Below, in pieces: positions 30,201 through 38,334 of a DNA stretch of 64,000 nucleotides (position 1 is the first letter of the stretch; each line of letters starts with the position of its first letter). This stretch comes from an uncultured virus (IMG/VR IMGVR_UViG_3300021957_000019). Taxonomy: Duplodnaviria; Heunggongvirae; Uroviricota; Caudoviricetes. The translations under genes and the position numbers were made by a program. A model generated the notes under the pieces. The model was not told where the DNA came from, did no database searches, and was given only the letters and a program-made list of their open reading frames with translations. The stretch lies in IMG/VR virus record IMGVR_UViG_3300021957_000019. One strand, given 5' to 3'.

Positions 30201-30878
30201 AAAGTAAGACAAATTGAAACAAATGCTAAAACAGGAGAGACGGAAAATGATTTAGCGTTAACGAAGATGAAAAACATCTCACAAGCACCAGAAGACAAAG
30301 GGCAAGAAATTACCAAATATCCTCAAAAACCATTTACCGAAATGGTAAAAACACCATTACAGGCACAAGAAGTTATTGATTATGTTAACAGTAAAGATTT
30401 TACAAGTGATAAGATAAAGACATTAATATACGGAATAGCAACACAAAATAAGTCAATCAGAGAAAATTGTTATAATAACAATATTATGGATGTAAGAACG
30501 GATATGTTAGTGACTAATAGAGACCAATTCTTCGATTCACAGGTTTGCGTACAAAACGGTGAGATTTTAACAACAATAGCGTCATTTGATAGCGTCGAAA
30601 AATCATTAGATTTTATGAGAGCAACACTTAACCCAATTGGACCTATGGCTGATGCAATATACGATGTATTACAACAAGGGACAGTTATAGATGAATTACC
30701 TAAAACTTTAACAACTGTTTATATGAGTAATGTTTATTCTAATCCGACAATTAACGGAAGTGCGTCTTCTATAATAGAAGAGGTTAATTATCAAAAGCAG
30801 ACCAACGAAAAATTCAAAACTAATTATGAACAGTGGTTAGATATATTTAAATCTGTGGTACAGAGAGGAGAAAGTTGA
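24252..30878 (+). CDS. very large baseplate hub-like protein (gp27/gpD-like termini)
   Basis: N-terminal 'GITNISIK......VTIEMEDVQGR.LF...YP.F.LTVKGYYG' and late 'YTCQVQSMGNAMIQPTMYF.L..VP.F.GPYLI..VTH.I...F.T.F.G' hub-like barrel; it follows the LysM wedge gene. Confidence 0.6.
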   Translation: MAGNEFFNNQNVYVETDYDNIIVVDPNKVVDSGGKVSERLVNHEELVMYASLEAKIIPRSKLVVGDNFETAVENIRVGAIDDNKETVINFMKPQSQDTGEGQTQDSYLDTSWTDNLTLGRTRNGDVDSQLLGITNISIKINTSYAALVTIEMEDVQGRVLFEQGENSPYSAFFHLPYPLFTLTVKGYYGKALRYELMLKDFNARFDPSSGNYKITTNFISRTYALLSDISVDSLFALPHMYERTATLGPEKTTTSNESGLQEVRRIKSTRGYDMIKNVYSSYKAKGLIDENFPELTLSQMLMKLENFERYVMEAYGQEDFAILNDIDLYRKTLKEYESKIYGQITDNWETKNIDKNLPFILNIPNSGVVYPLKKELTNQEETALQNISDSISSLDTIIREYNTKLNDNATFGSDGQAKIHGKKLETTLTSTISINNFLTQITNPDDIDYESTFEVRNGRAGTEQEVEALKIEIETELTINGYQVNAETLEMEDSQLRRTFFIFGDVYGKTKYNRTSFLGKLQRLNDDFETKRSMVEEKMSEALAEKIKSPNVGLGFYPTIKNIIAVISASADAFLRLMDQVHDESWEQRKNPIRRNAILSPEKSQGVETNSGNAPTTNNPQQETAIVYPWPQYFVNSVDEDGNEELKDTYPGDYTVAPQLRAFSSTVWPEVRFVEEFMKGATQKESGNIDFDLTNTLKDNPFMGINAIEFPNQNQPYTDLNVVPFIYEIFERTLLSSNYTNLYKSSGYRDEVYSVVSDFEYNNLKESVVNSTELIGLLKNFAFSYENILRYMKSISNNGQGTNWNLFSRGEFTTPYIKSYLENDYGIYDLSYLEGDSTTVESNVENIDKLEKYLKANYSDEMSFSDGYPFNNLLWIQNNLSQGSQINSVELSNDTSKMFSINATKKSIASFKDTFDDESSIGKTYDKKPFTYFEWILNYSDTPTQENSNLDSSINSNGNTNYLTNAQVINYYNLRMQKDLVLTESFIDYGTKYDTTENYISRNQTTSLLNTPYFINSIMKGVENEKNEIENPYTALGYLYLNSLPLSTLKEKFKTNSNTITTELNYIFATLNKYSAIHKLPYPFILKYGSIWYRYKKYQNDNIDILDNVWKDFDYVNAYDPVSNNTSKSYSFNDYGGNDTTIKQYEQFTDIIQTNQGDPAFLGGDLNVTINLESTRVQNGFFPKVMNDVYYFFTKKDVFSTYSSSELQSAQTEKGLQIGTTSKTKIKLSKDPETDYQMNTWSQYFNVLGNYDFRENKENKVLMIPSFGDAKFNQARFECFDAIGNHKQNVTTNPSIYNGGVRTLWSSSNYGYFSNEMIDKPNPNQYIKHINPENKNEQAFNLGNDTSLTYSSIDDIFGVFTKDMLDLFEEHFLNFCQPPNKKQFLVNRGNTTFEEFLESDEIKSQYEGGRVSVDDVIRWKAVYENQESLYNGPNLYKYDLNIYEVLKSLLMVDTPNTQSNFDNVLKSLSKSQSKQFINYNLDVLINKDIIFKIGNPSKYNNKVYGSLTTLASQKIEDPYNFGNYVQGSLPTEGGGVSLGSSKSSYPNAWKAMYEYVGDFSEEGFKYGDNGSYLTDFFVDMEFEFTESNVQLLSPIIKIYASKKSEDQTMNKNNFINEINDYVAEQENFQKDILNQIFIKLNRDLPSVSITEESLGLSKIDGNIPKLELWKTFQSLNDKWVAGQDFKNRTIFEDFLFLDRANRPVGDKVVVNISELEGFITGRSDKMSVYGLLGQIYQKNNFTFIPTPAYTNFYGRNDRVKKGEPLPQDIPNDLFGTFMEVDTRDSRPRMIGIYVGEPSSNLGTGQNTTFRKGDDAFDITNPSDCPLRENQTNKTNYSDSNRCVGFQVDFGKRNQGVFNSVSIDMNQHKNIGPTFQVLSDMGSQASGQQVAQQSQSLYNFYKTRSYTCQVQSMGNAMIQPTMYFNLTNVPLFYGPYLIMNVTHNISNRGFTTNFDGVRIPKFALSPPDKLVASVNRQLLKQWEEKVRQIETNAKTGETENDLALTKMKNISQAPEDKGQEITKYPQKPFTEMVKTPLQAQEVIDYVNSKDFTSDKIKTLIYGIATQNKSIRENCYNNNIMDVRTDMLVTNRDQFFDSQVCVQNGEILTTIASFDSVEKSLDFMRATLNPIGPMADAIYDVLQQGTVIDELPKTLTTVYMSNVYSNPTINGSASSIIEEVNYQKQTNEKFKTNYEQWLDIFKSVVQRGES

Positions 30879-30919
30879 ATATTCCTAACAATAAACATAT
30901 TTATATAAAAAGATTACAA

Positions 30920-31144
30920 ATGAATATTAAAAATTTATTAGACGACTACCTACAAAAAGATAGTAGAATTACCGAAAGAGATAATGGTGATGGTTATAAA
31001 GAAGTTTGTGATTTAGATACTGGAGATTGTTATACCGTCAGAATGAGAGATGGTTTAATTGAAAGAGTTGATAACACTATGAAGGTTAATAGAACTATGA
31101 AAGTTGAGACACGACATGGTGTAAAAACATTATTAAACGGTTAA
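30920..31144 (+). CDS. hypothetical protein
   Basis: The ATG at 30920, 14 nt after TATTTATA, is preferred over the track's 30875 start; 74 aa. Confidence 0.65.
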   Translation: MNIKNLLDDYLQKDSRITERDNGDGYKEVCDLDTGDCYTVRMRDGLIERVDNTMKVNRTMKVETRHGVKTLLNG

Positions 31145-31155
31145 AAATTAGAAAA

Positions 31156-31788
31156 ATGTCTATAGATAAAAAAATTATAAATGAAATTGAAAGATATAAT
31201 AAGATAACTAATTATATCGTTGAGCAGGAAGATACTGAATTACCACCACTACCTGATGAAGGTGGTGATGAAGATTTGGACATGAGTGTAGATACCGAAA
31301 CGGATGTTGAGGAAGTTCCTGAGCCTGTAGATGTTGATAGTGACCCAGATGTTGAAGTTGTTGGAGATGAAGGTGTAGATATTACTGATGAAGGTGGAGT
31401 TGAGGAGTTAGACATCACAGATTTAGTGACGACTCAGAAAGACATTTCTGACAAACAAGATGAGTATATGGAGAATATGTTTAGTAAGTTAGAGGATTTA
31501 ACTTCTAAATTAGGGGAGATGGATAATATCTTAAATAAGATTAACGACTTAGAACAAAAAGTTGAAAAATATAGACAAAAATCACCCGAAGAAAAATTAC
31601 AGTTGAGAAGTCTTGATAGTTATCCATATAATCAAAAACTAACAGACTTCTTTATGGACAAACAAGATGAGTTAGAACAAACAGGTAAAAACGAATACGT
31701 CTTAACCTCTGACGATGTTGAAAGTTATTCGGATGGTGATATCAAAAAGTCTTTTGATAAACCATTTGAAGATGAAGATAGATTATAA
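31156..31788 (+). CDS. acidic/coiled-coil protein with an N-terminal leader (possible internal head or scaffold-like protein)
   Basis: KKIINEIERY...YIVEQE leader, a very acidic Pro-containing tract and a coiled coil. Confidence 0.55.
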   Translation: MSIDKKIINEIERYNKITNYIVEQEDTELPPLPDEGGDEDLDMSVDTETDVEEVPEPVDVDSDPDVEVVGDEGVDITDEGGVEELDITDLVTTQKDISDKQDEYMENMFSKLEDLTSKLGEMDNILNKINDLEQKVEKYRQKSPEEKLQLRSLDSYPYNQKLTDFFMDKQDELEQTGKNEYVLTSDDVESYSDGDIKKSFDKPFEDEDRL

Positions 31789-32047
31789 AATACTATTAAT
31801 ATTAATTACTTTTTTATTTTCGGGATGTTATAATACAATTCCAACAAAAGTATATAAAAATCCTAGTAAATTTGGATTTGACGCAATGATTCCCACATAT
31901 TGGGACGGACAATATCCTATAAAGTATTGGGAGAGTACAATTAAAGTTGGTGAAAAATGGACAGACTGGAACGGTATTACGTGGGTGATTGAAAAACACC
32001 CAACAGAGGAGGGAACTTTAATAGTTCGTGCTGACATATCAGAATAA
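31772..32047 (+). CDS. predicted small lipoprotein
   Basis: From the ATG at 31772: MKIDYKILLILITFLFSG-C, i.e. a basic N-terminus, hydrophobic core and lipobox-like FSGC. Confidence 0.55.
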   Translation: MKIDYKILLILITFLFSGCYNTIPTKVYKNPSKFGFDAMIPTYWDGQYPIKYWESTIKVGEKWTDWNGITWVIEKHPTEEGTLIVRADISE

Positions 32048-32052
32048 AATAG

Positions 32053-32077
32053 GGACCATCAACATGGTCCTTTTTTT
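32053..32077 (+). terminator. intrinsic terminator
   Basis: ggaccat-caac-atggtcc followed by T7. Confidence 0.8.
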
Positions 32078-32088
32078 ATGTAGATTAT

Positions 32089-32116
32089 TTGACTTAGTGT
32101 TTTTCGTTGTTATATT
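32089..32116 (+). promoter_or_regulatory. sigma70-like promoter for the ssb-recA-exonuclease cluster
   Basis: TTGACT (32089-94), a 16-nt spacer and TGn-TATATT (32111-16), right after a terminator. It has the same -35 hexamer as the polymerase promoter. Confidence 0.5.
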
Positions 32117-32162
32117 TTATGTTGAGTAACAGATAAAAATTTAACGAATAACAGAAAAAAAT

Positions 32163-33023
32163 ATGGCAAATGCACTCGACTCAGTACTGGCACAGTACGA
32201 AAAAAACACAGAGTCTCGCGGTAGCGGAGACGGAATGACGCAACAAGAACGTCTTAAAAAATACTTTACTACATATCTACCTAAAGGAACTAAATCAGGA
32301 CAATCACGAATTAGAATACTCCCCACTCCTGACGGTTCATCACCATTTAAGGAAGTGTGGTTTCACGAAGTACAAGTTGATGGACGATGGGTTAAATTAT
32401 ACGACCCAGGAAAAAATGATGGAGAACGTTCTCCGCTAACTGAAGTATATGAAGAACTTATGTCTACAGGTAAAGAAGCGGATAAGAAGTTGGCCATGCA
32501 ATACCGACCTCGTAAGTTTTACATTGTAAAGGTCATTGACCGAGACAATGAAGAAGATGGGGTGAAGTTTTGGAGATTTAAAGACAACTATAAGCAGGAG
32601 GGTATTCTCGATAAAATTATCCCTATTTGGAGAGCAAAAGGAGATGTTACTGATGGTAACGAAGGTCGTGACCTCATCGTCGAACTTTCTAAATCTAAGA
32701 CTAATTCAGGAATTGAATACACCATTGTTCAGACAATCATGTATGACGACCCATGTCCTTTAAGTGGAGATGCTGACGAAATGAAAGAATGGATAGAAGA
32801 CGGTATGACATGGTCTGACGTTTACGCACAAAGACCTATTGAGTATCTTGAGGCAGTCGCACGAGGTGAGACACCCGTATGGGACTCTGAACTTAAGAAG
32901 TTTGTCTATGGTGACGATACCACTGAAACTATCGGTGGTACTAAAACTACTAAGACAGAGACTACTGAAGAAGTGAAAGACCCACAAACAAAAATGGAGG
33001 TTGACGAAGACCTTCCTTTCTAA
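32163..33023 (+). CDS. single-stranded DNA-binding protein (gp32-like)
   Basis: 'RIRILP', 'PF.EVWFH', 'VKVIDR..EEDGVKFW.F', 'D...G.D' and an acidic tail ending EDLPF. Confidence 0.85.
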   Translation: MANALDSVLAQYEKNTESRGSGDGMTQQERLKKYFTTYLPKGTKSGQSRIRILPTPDGSSPFKEVWFHEVQVDGRWVKLYDPGKNDGERSPLTEVYEELMSTGKEADKKLAMQYRPRKFYIVKVIDRDNEEDGVKFWRFKDNYKQEGILDKIIPIWRAKGDVTDGNEGRDLIVELSKSKTNSGIEYTIVQTIMYDDPCPLSGDADEMKEWIEDGMTWSDVYAQRPIEYLEAVARGETPVWDSELKKFVYGDDTTETIGGTKTTKTETTEEVKDPQTKMEVDEDLPF

Positions 33024-33038
33024 CAAAAACAAAACCAC

Positions 33039-33070
33039 AGATAGGGGAGTCTAAACGCTTCCCTATCTTT
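33039..33070 (+). terminator. stem-loop after ssb (terminator or attenuator)
   Basis: agataggggag...cttccctatct with only a short T tract. Confidence 0.5.
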
Positions 33071-33109
33071 CTCATTACGAAATTTTCGTAACGAAAAATA
33101 CGAAATACA

Positions 33110-34114
33110 ATGGCAATAAAGAAAAAAAATTTTAAAGATATAAAGAAGAAGTTTTCTTCTTCTGCAAAATTCAAACCTCAGAGATTTTATGATTTGGGTA
33201 CTGAATTTTTGGATGCAGTAGGGGTACCAGGACCTGCTATGGGACATCTTAATATGTTCTTGGGTCATTCAGACACAGGTAAAACCACCGCATTGGTTAA
33301 AGCTGCGGTTGACGCACAGAAAAGAGGTGTACTTCCTGTATTTATTATCACTGAACAAAAATGGTCATTTGACCACGCAAAACTTATGGGTTTTGAATGT
33401 GAAGAGGTGGTGGATGAAGAAACAGGAGAATTGGATTGGGATGGATTTTTCATCTTTAACAACAATTTTGAATACATTGAACAAATTACTGACTATATAA
33501 ACTCTTTGTTAGACGCACAAGAGACAGGTGATTTAGATTATGACCTTTTATTTCTTTGGGATTCTGTAGGTTCTGTACCTTGTAAGATGACTTATGATGG
33601 TAAAGGAGGTAAACAACACAACGCCGCAGTTCTTGCAGATAAGATTGGTATGGGAATTAACCAAAGAATCTCTGGCTCACGTAGGTCTGACTCTAAACAT
33701 GAAAACACTTTGGTGATTGTTAATCAACCATGGGTAGAACTCCCTGACAATCCTTTTGGACAACCTAAAATCAAGGCGAAGGGTGGTGAAGCAATTTGGT
33801 TGAACTCATCCATGGTATTCTTGTTTGGTAATCAAAAGAATGCGGGAACTACGAAGATTACGGCAGTAAAGGACAAGAGAAAAGTAAAGTTCGCTAGTCG
33901 AACAAAAGTTTCGGTAATGAAAAACCATATCAATGGATTAGGATATGAAGACGGTAGAATACTTGTAACCGCTCATGGATTCTTAGCGGGTAAAGACTCG
34001 ACGGAAGAGAAGAAGTCTATTGAAAAGTACAAGTCAGAACATTCTGAGTATTGGAAAGATATTATTGGAACAGGTAGTGATTTTAAGTTAGAAGAAGATA
34101 GTCTAATCGCGTAA
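33110..34114 (+). CDS. recA: RecA/UvsX-like recombinase
   Basis: Walker A GHSDTGKTT, Walker B FLWDSVG, 'VIVNQ', 'KGGEAI' and 'KNHI'. Confidence 0.88.
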   Translation: MAIKKKNFKDIKKKFSSSAKFKPQRFYDLGTEFLDAVGVPGPAMGHLNMFLGHSDTGKTTALVKAAVDAQKRGVLPVFIITEQKWSFDHAKLMGFECEEVVDEETGELDWDGFFIFNNNFEYIEQITDYINSLLDAQETGDLDYDLLFLWDSVGSVPCKMTYDGKGGKQHNAAVLADKIGMGINQRISGSRRSDSKHENTLVIVNQPWVELPDNPFGQPKIKAKGGEAIWLNSSMVFLFGNQKNAGTTKITAVKDKRKVKFASRTKVSVMKNHINGLGYEDGRILVTAHGFLAGKDSTEEKKSIEKYKSEHSEYWKDIIGTGSDFKLEEDSLIA

Positions 34115-34124
34115 TTTAAACCAA

Positions 34125-35135
34125 GTGACAAAAACCTTATTAGTAGACGGTAACAATCTATTTAAGATTGGATATCACGGTGTTCGGGAATATTACCATA
34201 AGGGTAATCATATAGGTGGGATTTACCACTTTGTGAATACACTTAGACGTTTTATATCCGATTACAACTACGATAAGGTTATTGTTTTTTGGGATGGTAA
34301 TGACAACTCTATTCAAAGGAAAAAGATTTTTCCTGAATACAAAGAGAATCGTCGTTATAACAGACTAAACGATATTCAAAAACAGTCTTTTAATTGGCAG
34401 CAAAAGAGAGTAAAAGAGTATTTGGAAGAGATGTTTATTCGTCAGGTTGTTGTTGATGGTAATGAATCGGACGATATGATAGCGTACTACTGTCAAATAT
34501 CTGAAGATGAAAACAAAACAATATTCTCAGCGGATAAAGACTTAACACAATTAATTTCCGAAAGGGTACAAGTTTATTCACCGACTCAAAAACAAATGAT
34601 TAAGTTTGGTGATAAGGTAAAACTTAAAGATATATCCATACCTCATCAGAATGTTACAACATTTAAAATAATATCAGGTGATAAGTCTGATAATATTGAC
34701 GGGATATATTATTTTGGTGAAAAAACATTTGTAAAACTTTTTCCTGAGATAGTTGATTCTGTAGTTAGTGTTGACGATATTTTACAAAAAGGTGAGCAAC
34801 TACACGAAAATGATAAAGATAATAGAGCTTTACAGAATTTACTATCAGGTAAAACAAAAAGGGGTGTGTATGGTGAAGAATTTTACGTTATTAATAAAAG
34901 TTTAGTAGATTTATCCTTACCTTTGTTAACTGACGAAGCGAGGGAACTCGTTGAACTTTATTATAAAGAAGATATTGACCCTGAAGGTCGGGGATATCAA
35001 AATCTTATGAGAATGATGATGAATGACGGAATTTTTAAGTACTTACCTAAAACAGACAACGCATGGGTGTATTTCTTGACACCTTTTATGAAACTTACAA
35101 GAAAAGAAAAAAGAAGATTTAGAAAAACTAATTAA
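34125..35135 (+). CDS. 5'-3' exonuclease / flap endonuclease (T4 RNase H or PolA N-terminal-like)
   Basis: LLVDGNNL, VFWDG, YKENR, ESDDMIA, SADKDLTQL and GDKSDNIDG. Confidence 0.93.
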   Translation: MTKTLLVDGNNLFKIGYHGVREYYHKGNHIGGIYHFVNTLRRFISDYNYDKVIVFWDGNDNSIQRKKIFPEYKENRRYNRLNDIQKQSFNWQQKRVKEYLEEMFIRQVVVDGNESDDMIAYYCQISEDENKTIFSADKDLTQLISERVQVYSPTQKQMIKFGDKVKLKDISIPHQNVTTFKIISGDKSDNIDGIYYFGEKTFVKLFPEIVDSVVSVDDILQKGEQLHENDKDNRALQNLLSGKTKRGVYGEEFYVINKSLVDLSLPLLTDEARELVELYYKEDIDPEGRGYQNLMRMMMNDGIFKYLPKTDNAWVYFLTPFMKLTRKEKRRFRKTN

Positions 35136-35147
35136 AAAAAACAAAAA

Positions 35148-35603
35148 ATGAGTAAAGAAAAAAATGACATTACTAAGATGGAGTTTCTACTCACGTTGAA
35201 TGACAACATCATTGTACAGAGATACTACAATGTTAAAGGATTTAACGTAGACGCTAAAAATAGTATGGAATTGGCTGACGCAGTTAATGACGTATATATG
35301 AAAATTCACGGAGATTTGAAGTCTAAAACAATTTGGTACATGTTGGAGAACCAGTATCAGATTATGTCTGACCCAAAAATTTTAGATACTTCCATGACTG
35401 ATGATGATGAGGTATTCAACATCTATGTTAAATACAATGACGAAGTTATCATGCATCGAGGTTGGGATGGGAAGAGATACCCACCTAAGATTAGGTACAC
35501 GGTTGATGTAAGACCTCATTTAAAGTCCATTCTGAAGTCCTTGACTGAAGTTTTTTCTTCTGACAAATTGACACAGAATTATATGGAATATACCCTTTCT
35601 TGA
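35148..35603 (+). CDS. hypothetical protein in the replication cluster
   Basis: 151-aa ORF in operon context; no motif recognised. Confidence 0.7.
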   Translation: MSKEKNDITKMEFLLTLNDNIIVQRYYNVKGFNVDAKNSMELADAVNDVYMKIHGDLKSKTIWYMLENQYQIMSDPKILDTSMTDDDEVFNIYVKYNDEVIMHRGWDGKRYPPKIRYTVDVRPHLKSILKSLTEVFSSDKLTQNYMEYTLS

Positions 35604-35643
35604 ATATATTTATTAAGACACATTATTAGTAATCACAATTAAC

Positions 35644-37023
35644 ATGTCGAAGGAAAAAAATTTCGGATATCTCGGAAACACATTTCAAATTCAGTTATTA
35701 AATAACATCGTTCTTTATAAGGACTTTGCTACTTCTATTGTTGATGTGATTGAACCTAAATACTTTGATAATCAGTATTTTAAGTTGATTATGCAGGTTC
35801 TAAAGGAGTATTACCAAAAGTATGAACATACACCTTCATACAATACCCTTGAACAACTTATTAAGTCAGAAGTCTCATCTCCTATGGCTCAGAAGATGGT
35901 TCTTGACATGTTAGAGCAAGTTAAAGAAGCTCCTGCTGATGGAGAAACTTTCGTTCAGGAAAAAGGTCTTAAATTTTGCAAACAACAAGAACTTCAGAAG
36001 GTTATGTCTAGGGCTCAAAAAATCATTGATAAAGGTGATTTTGAGTCTTATGACCACTTGGAGGAAATGGTGAGAGAAGCTTTACAAGTAGGGGAAGTAG
36101 ACACGGGTACTTCTGAGGTTTTTACTAACCTTGAAGAGGTACTCGAAGAAGACTTTAGACACCCAATCCCTATGGGGATACCGGGTATCGACAACCTACT
36201 CAAAGGTGGAATGGCAAAAGGAGAAATAGGGGTTATATTAGCACCAACGGGTGTTGGTAAATCTACCTTCCTCACAAAGATTTCAAACCACGCGTTCAAC
36301 TTAGGATATAACGTTCTTCAAATTTTCTTTGAGGACAACCCTAAAATTATTCAAAGGAAACATTTTACTCTATGGACTGAAATAGCACCCGATTTACTGT
36401 CAATGCATAAAGACAAAGTAATAAATAAAGTTCAGGAAATCAGAGAAAATGCACCTAACAAATTAGTTCTTAAAAAACTACCATCAGATACCCTTACAAT
36501 GAATCAGATTAAGAATCAGATTCGTAAGATGACTGCTGAGGGAACAAAAATAGATTTAGTCGTTTTAGACTATATCGATTGTGTTGTTCCCGATAAGAAC
36601 TTAGGGGATGAATGGAAAAGTGAAGGTTCGGTTATGAGAGGTTTCGAGTCCATGTGTCACGAATTGAACTTAGTTGGTTGGACGGCAACTCAAGGAAATA
36701 GAAGTTCTATTTCTTCTGAGGTTGTTACCACGGACCAAATGGGAGGTTCAATTAAAAAGGCACAGGTGGGTCACGTTATTATCTCAGTAGCTAAATCATT
36801 ACAACAAAAAGAAATGAACTTAGCTACCATTGCGATTACTAAATCACGTATCGGTAAAGATGGTATTGTGTTTGAAAACTGTAAGTTTGATAACGAGATG
36901 TTAGAAATTGATACTGAACAAAGTGTTACGTTCCTTGGTCTTGAAGAACAAAAGGAGGAAAAAAACAAAGAAAGAATCCGTGAACTTCTTGAAAAAAGGA
37001 AACAAAAAGAAAATAAATCTTAA
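35644..37023 (+). CDS. dnaB: replicative DnaB-like helicase (gp41-like)
   Basis: Walker A APTGVGKS, VVLDYID, WTATQGNR and KSRIG. Confidence 0.92.
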   Translation: MSKEKNFGYLGNTFQIQLLNNIVLYKDFATSIVDVIEPKYFDNQYFKLIMQVLKEYYQKYEHTPSYNTLEQLIKSEVSSPMAQKMVLDMLEQVKEAPADGETFVQEKGLKFCKQQELQKVMSRAQKIIDKGDFESYDHLEEMVREALQVGEVDTGTSEVFTNLEEVLEEDFRHPIPMGIPGIDNLLKGGMAKGEIGVILAPTGVGKSTFLTKISNHAFNLGYNVLQIFFEDNPKIIQRKHFTLWTEIAPDLLSMHKDKVINKVQEIRENAPNKLVLKKLPSDTLTMNQIKNQIRKMTAEGTKIDLVVLDYIDCVVPDKNLGDEWKSEGSVMRGFESMCHELNLVGWTATQGNRSSISSEVVTTDQMGGSIKKAQVGHVIISVAKSLQQKEMNLATIAITKSRIGKDGIVFENCKFDNEMLEIDTEQSVTFLGLEEQKEEKNKERIRELLEKRKQKENKS

Positions 37024-37039
37024 TTAATTGTCTTAAAAG

Positions 37040-38320
37040 ATGGAGAATCTAATGAATAAAATAGAGAAAGATATGCGCTATGTAATAAAAAGAAGTGGCG
37101 ATAAAGTTGTTTTTAAAACTGATAAAATTGAAGTTGCGGTTTTAAAAGCTATGAAGAGTACTAACCAAGTCGATGAGGTAATGGCGGAGAAAATTGCTCG
37201 TATTACCGAGAAGGCGTTGTTTAGAAATGATAAAGAAAGAGTACCACATGTTGACGATATTCATGATATGGTTGAGAACAAACTAATGGATAACGGTCTT
37301 AACGAAGTGGCGAAAGAGTACATTGTATATAGGGCTAAAAATAGACCCGACATATTTTCAAAAAGAGTGAATTTAAAACCTTATGATTATCCTGAGTTAA
37401 ATGAGTTCGTTGATGCAATTAGACATTCATACTGGGTACATACTGAGTTTAATTTTACTTCGGACATACAGGATTTTAAAGTACATTTAGACGAAAAAGA
37501 AAAAACTTCACTTGAGAGAGCGATGTTAGCAATTTCTCAGATTGAGATTTCCGTTAAAACATTTTGGGGGGACATCTATAAAAGGATGCCAAAACCAGAA
37601 ATTGGTAATGTAGGGGCTACATTCGCAGAGTCAGAAGTAAGACACGCTGATGCTTACTCACACCTAATACAGTTATTAGGTTTGAATAAAGAATTTGAAA
37701 GTCTATTGCAGGTGCCTGCGGTTAGAAGAAGAATTAAATACCTTGAAAAATCTATTTCAAACTCAAAAAGTGTTGAGAACAAAGAATACTTTGAGTCTGT
37801 TATACTATTCTCGATGTTTATTGAGAACGTATCACTATTCTCACAGTTCTTAGTTATTATGTCATTTAACAAACACAAAAATATGTTAAAGGGTATTAGT
37901 AATGCTGTCGAGGCGACGTCTAAGGAGGAGAATATTCATGCTAGTTTTGGATTTGACTTAGTAAACTTAATTAAGAAGGAAAATCCACATTGGTGGACAG
38001 AAGAGTTAGTTGAAGATTTAATTGACGCAACATTGGAAGCGTGTGACGCAGAAATCGAGATTGTTGATTGGATTTTTGAGAAAGGAGATTTAGACTTCCT
38101 AACGAAAAAACAAACTATGGAGTTTATAAAACACAGATTTAACGTATCATTAAATTCAATTGGTATCGATAGTATATTCACCGTAAATGAAACATTACTT
38201 GAAACTACTGAATGGTTTGATGATGAAATTTTAACAACAAAACATACAGATTTCTTCAATAAGAGAAGTATTAATTATAGTAAGAAATCAAAATCGATTA
38301 CGTCAAACGACTTATTTTAA
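37040..38320 (+). CDS. nrdB: class Ia ribonucleotide reductase small subunit with an N-terminal ATP-cone
   Basis: ATP-cone 'VIKRSGDKVVF...KI..AV.KA...VDDIHDMVE..LM......VAKEYIVYR'; diiron ligands in QIE, EVRHADAY, IEN and EENIH; C-terminal DFF.KR..NY. Confidence 0.93.
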   Translation: MENLMNKIEKDMRYVIKRSGDKVVFKTDKIEVAVLKAMKSTNQVDEVMAEKIARITEKALFRNDKERVPHVDDIHDMVENKLMDNGLNEVAKEYIVYRAKNRPDIFSKRVNLKPYDYPELNEFVDAIRHSYWVHTEFNFTSDIQDFKVHLDEKEKTSLERAMLAISQIEISVKTFWGDIYKRMPKPEIGNVGATFAESEVRHADAYSHLIQLLGLNKEFESLLQVPAVRRRIKYLEKSISNSKSVENKEYFESVILFSMFIENVSLFSQFLVIMSFNKHKNMLKGISNAVEATSKEENIHASFGFDLVNLIKKENPHWWTEELVEDLIDATLEACDAEIEIVDWIFEKGDLDFLTKKQTMEFIKHRFNVSLNSIGIDSIFTVNETLLETTEWFDDEILTTKHTDFFNKRSINYSKKSKSITSNDLF

Positions 38321-38334
38321 TTACGATATAAAAA

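Noticed and set aside
30875..30919. Track start at 30875, and likewise 31715 and 165
   Set aside because: Better starts are the ATGs at 30920 (after TATTTATA) and 31772 (signal peptide). The ORF at 165 is open upstream to the window edge.
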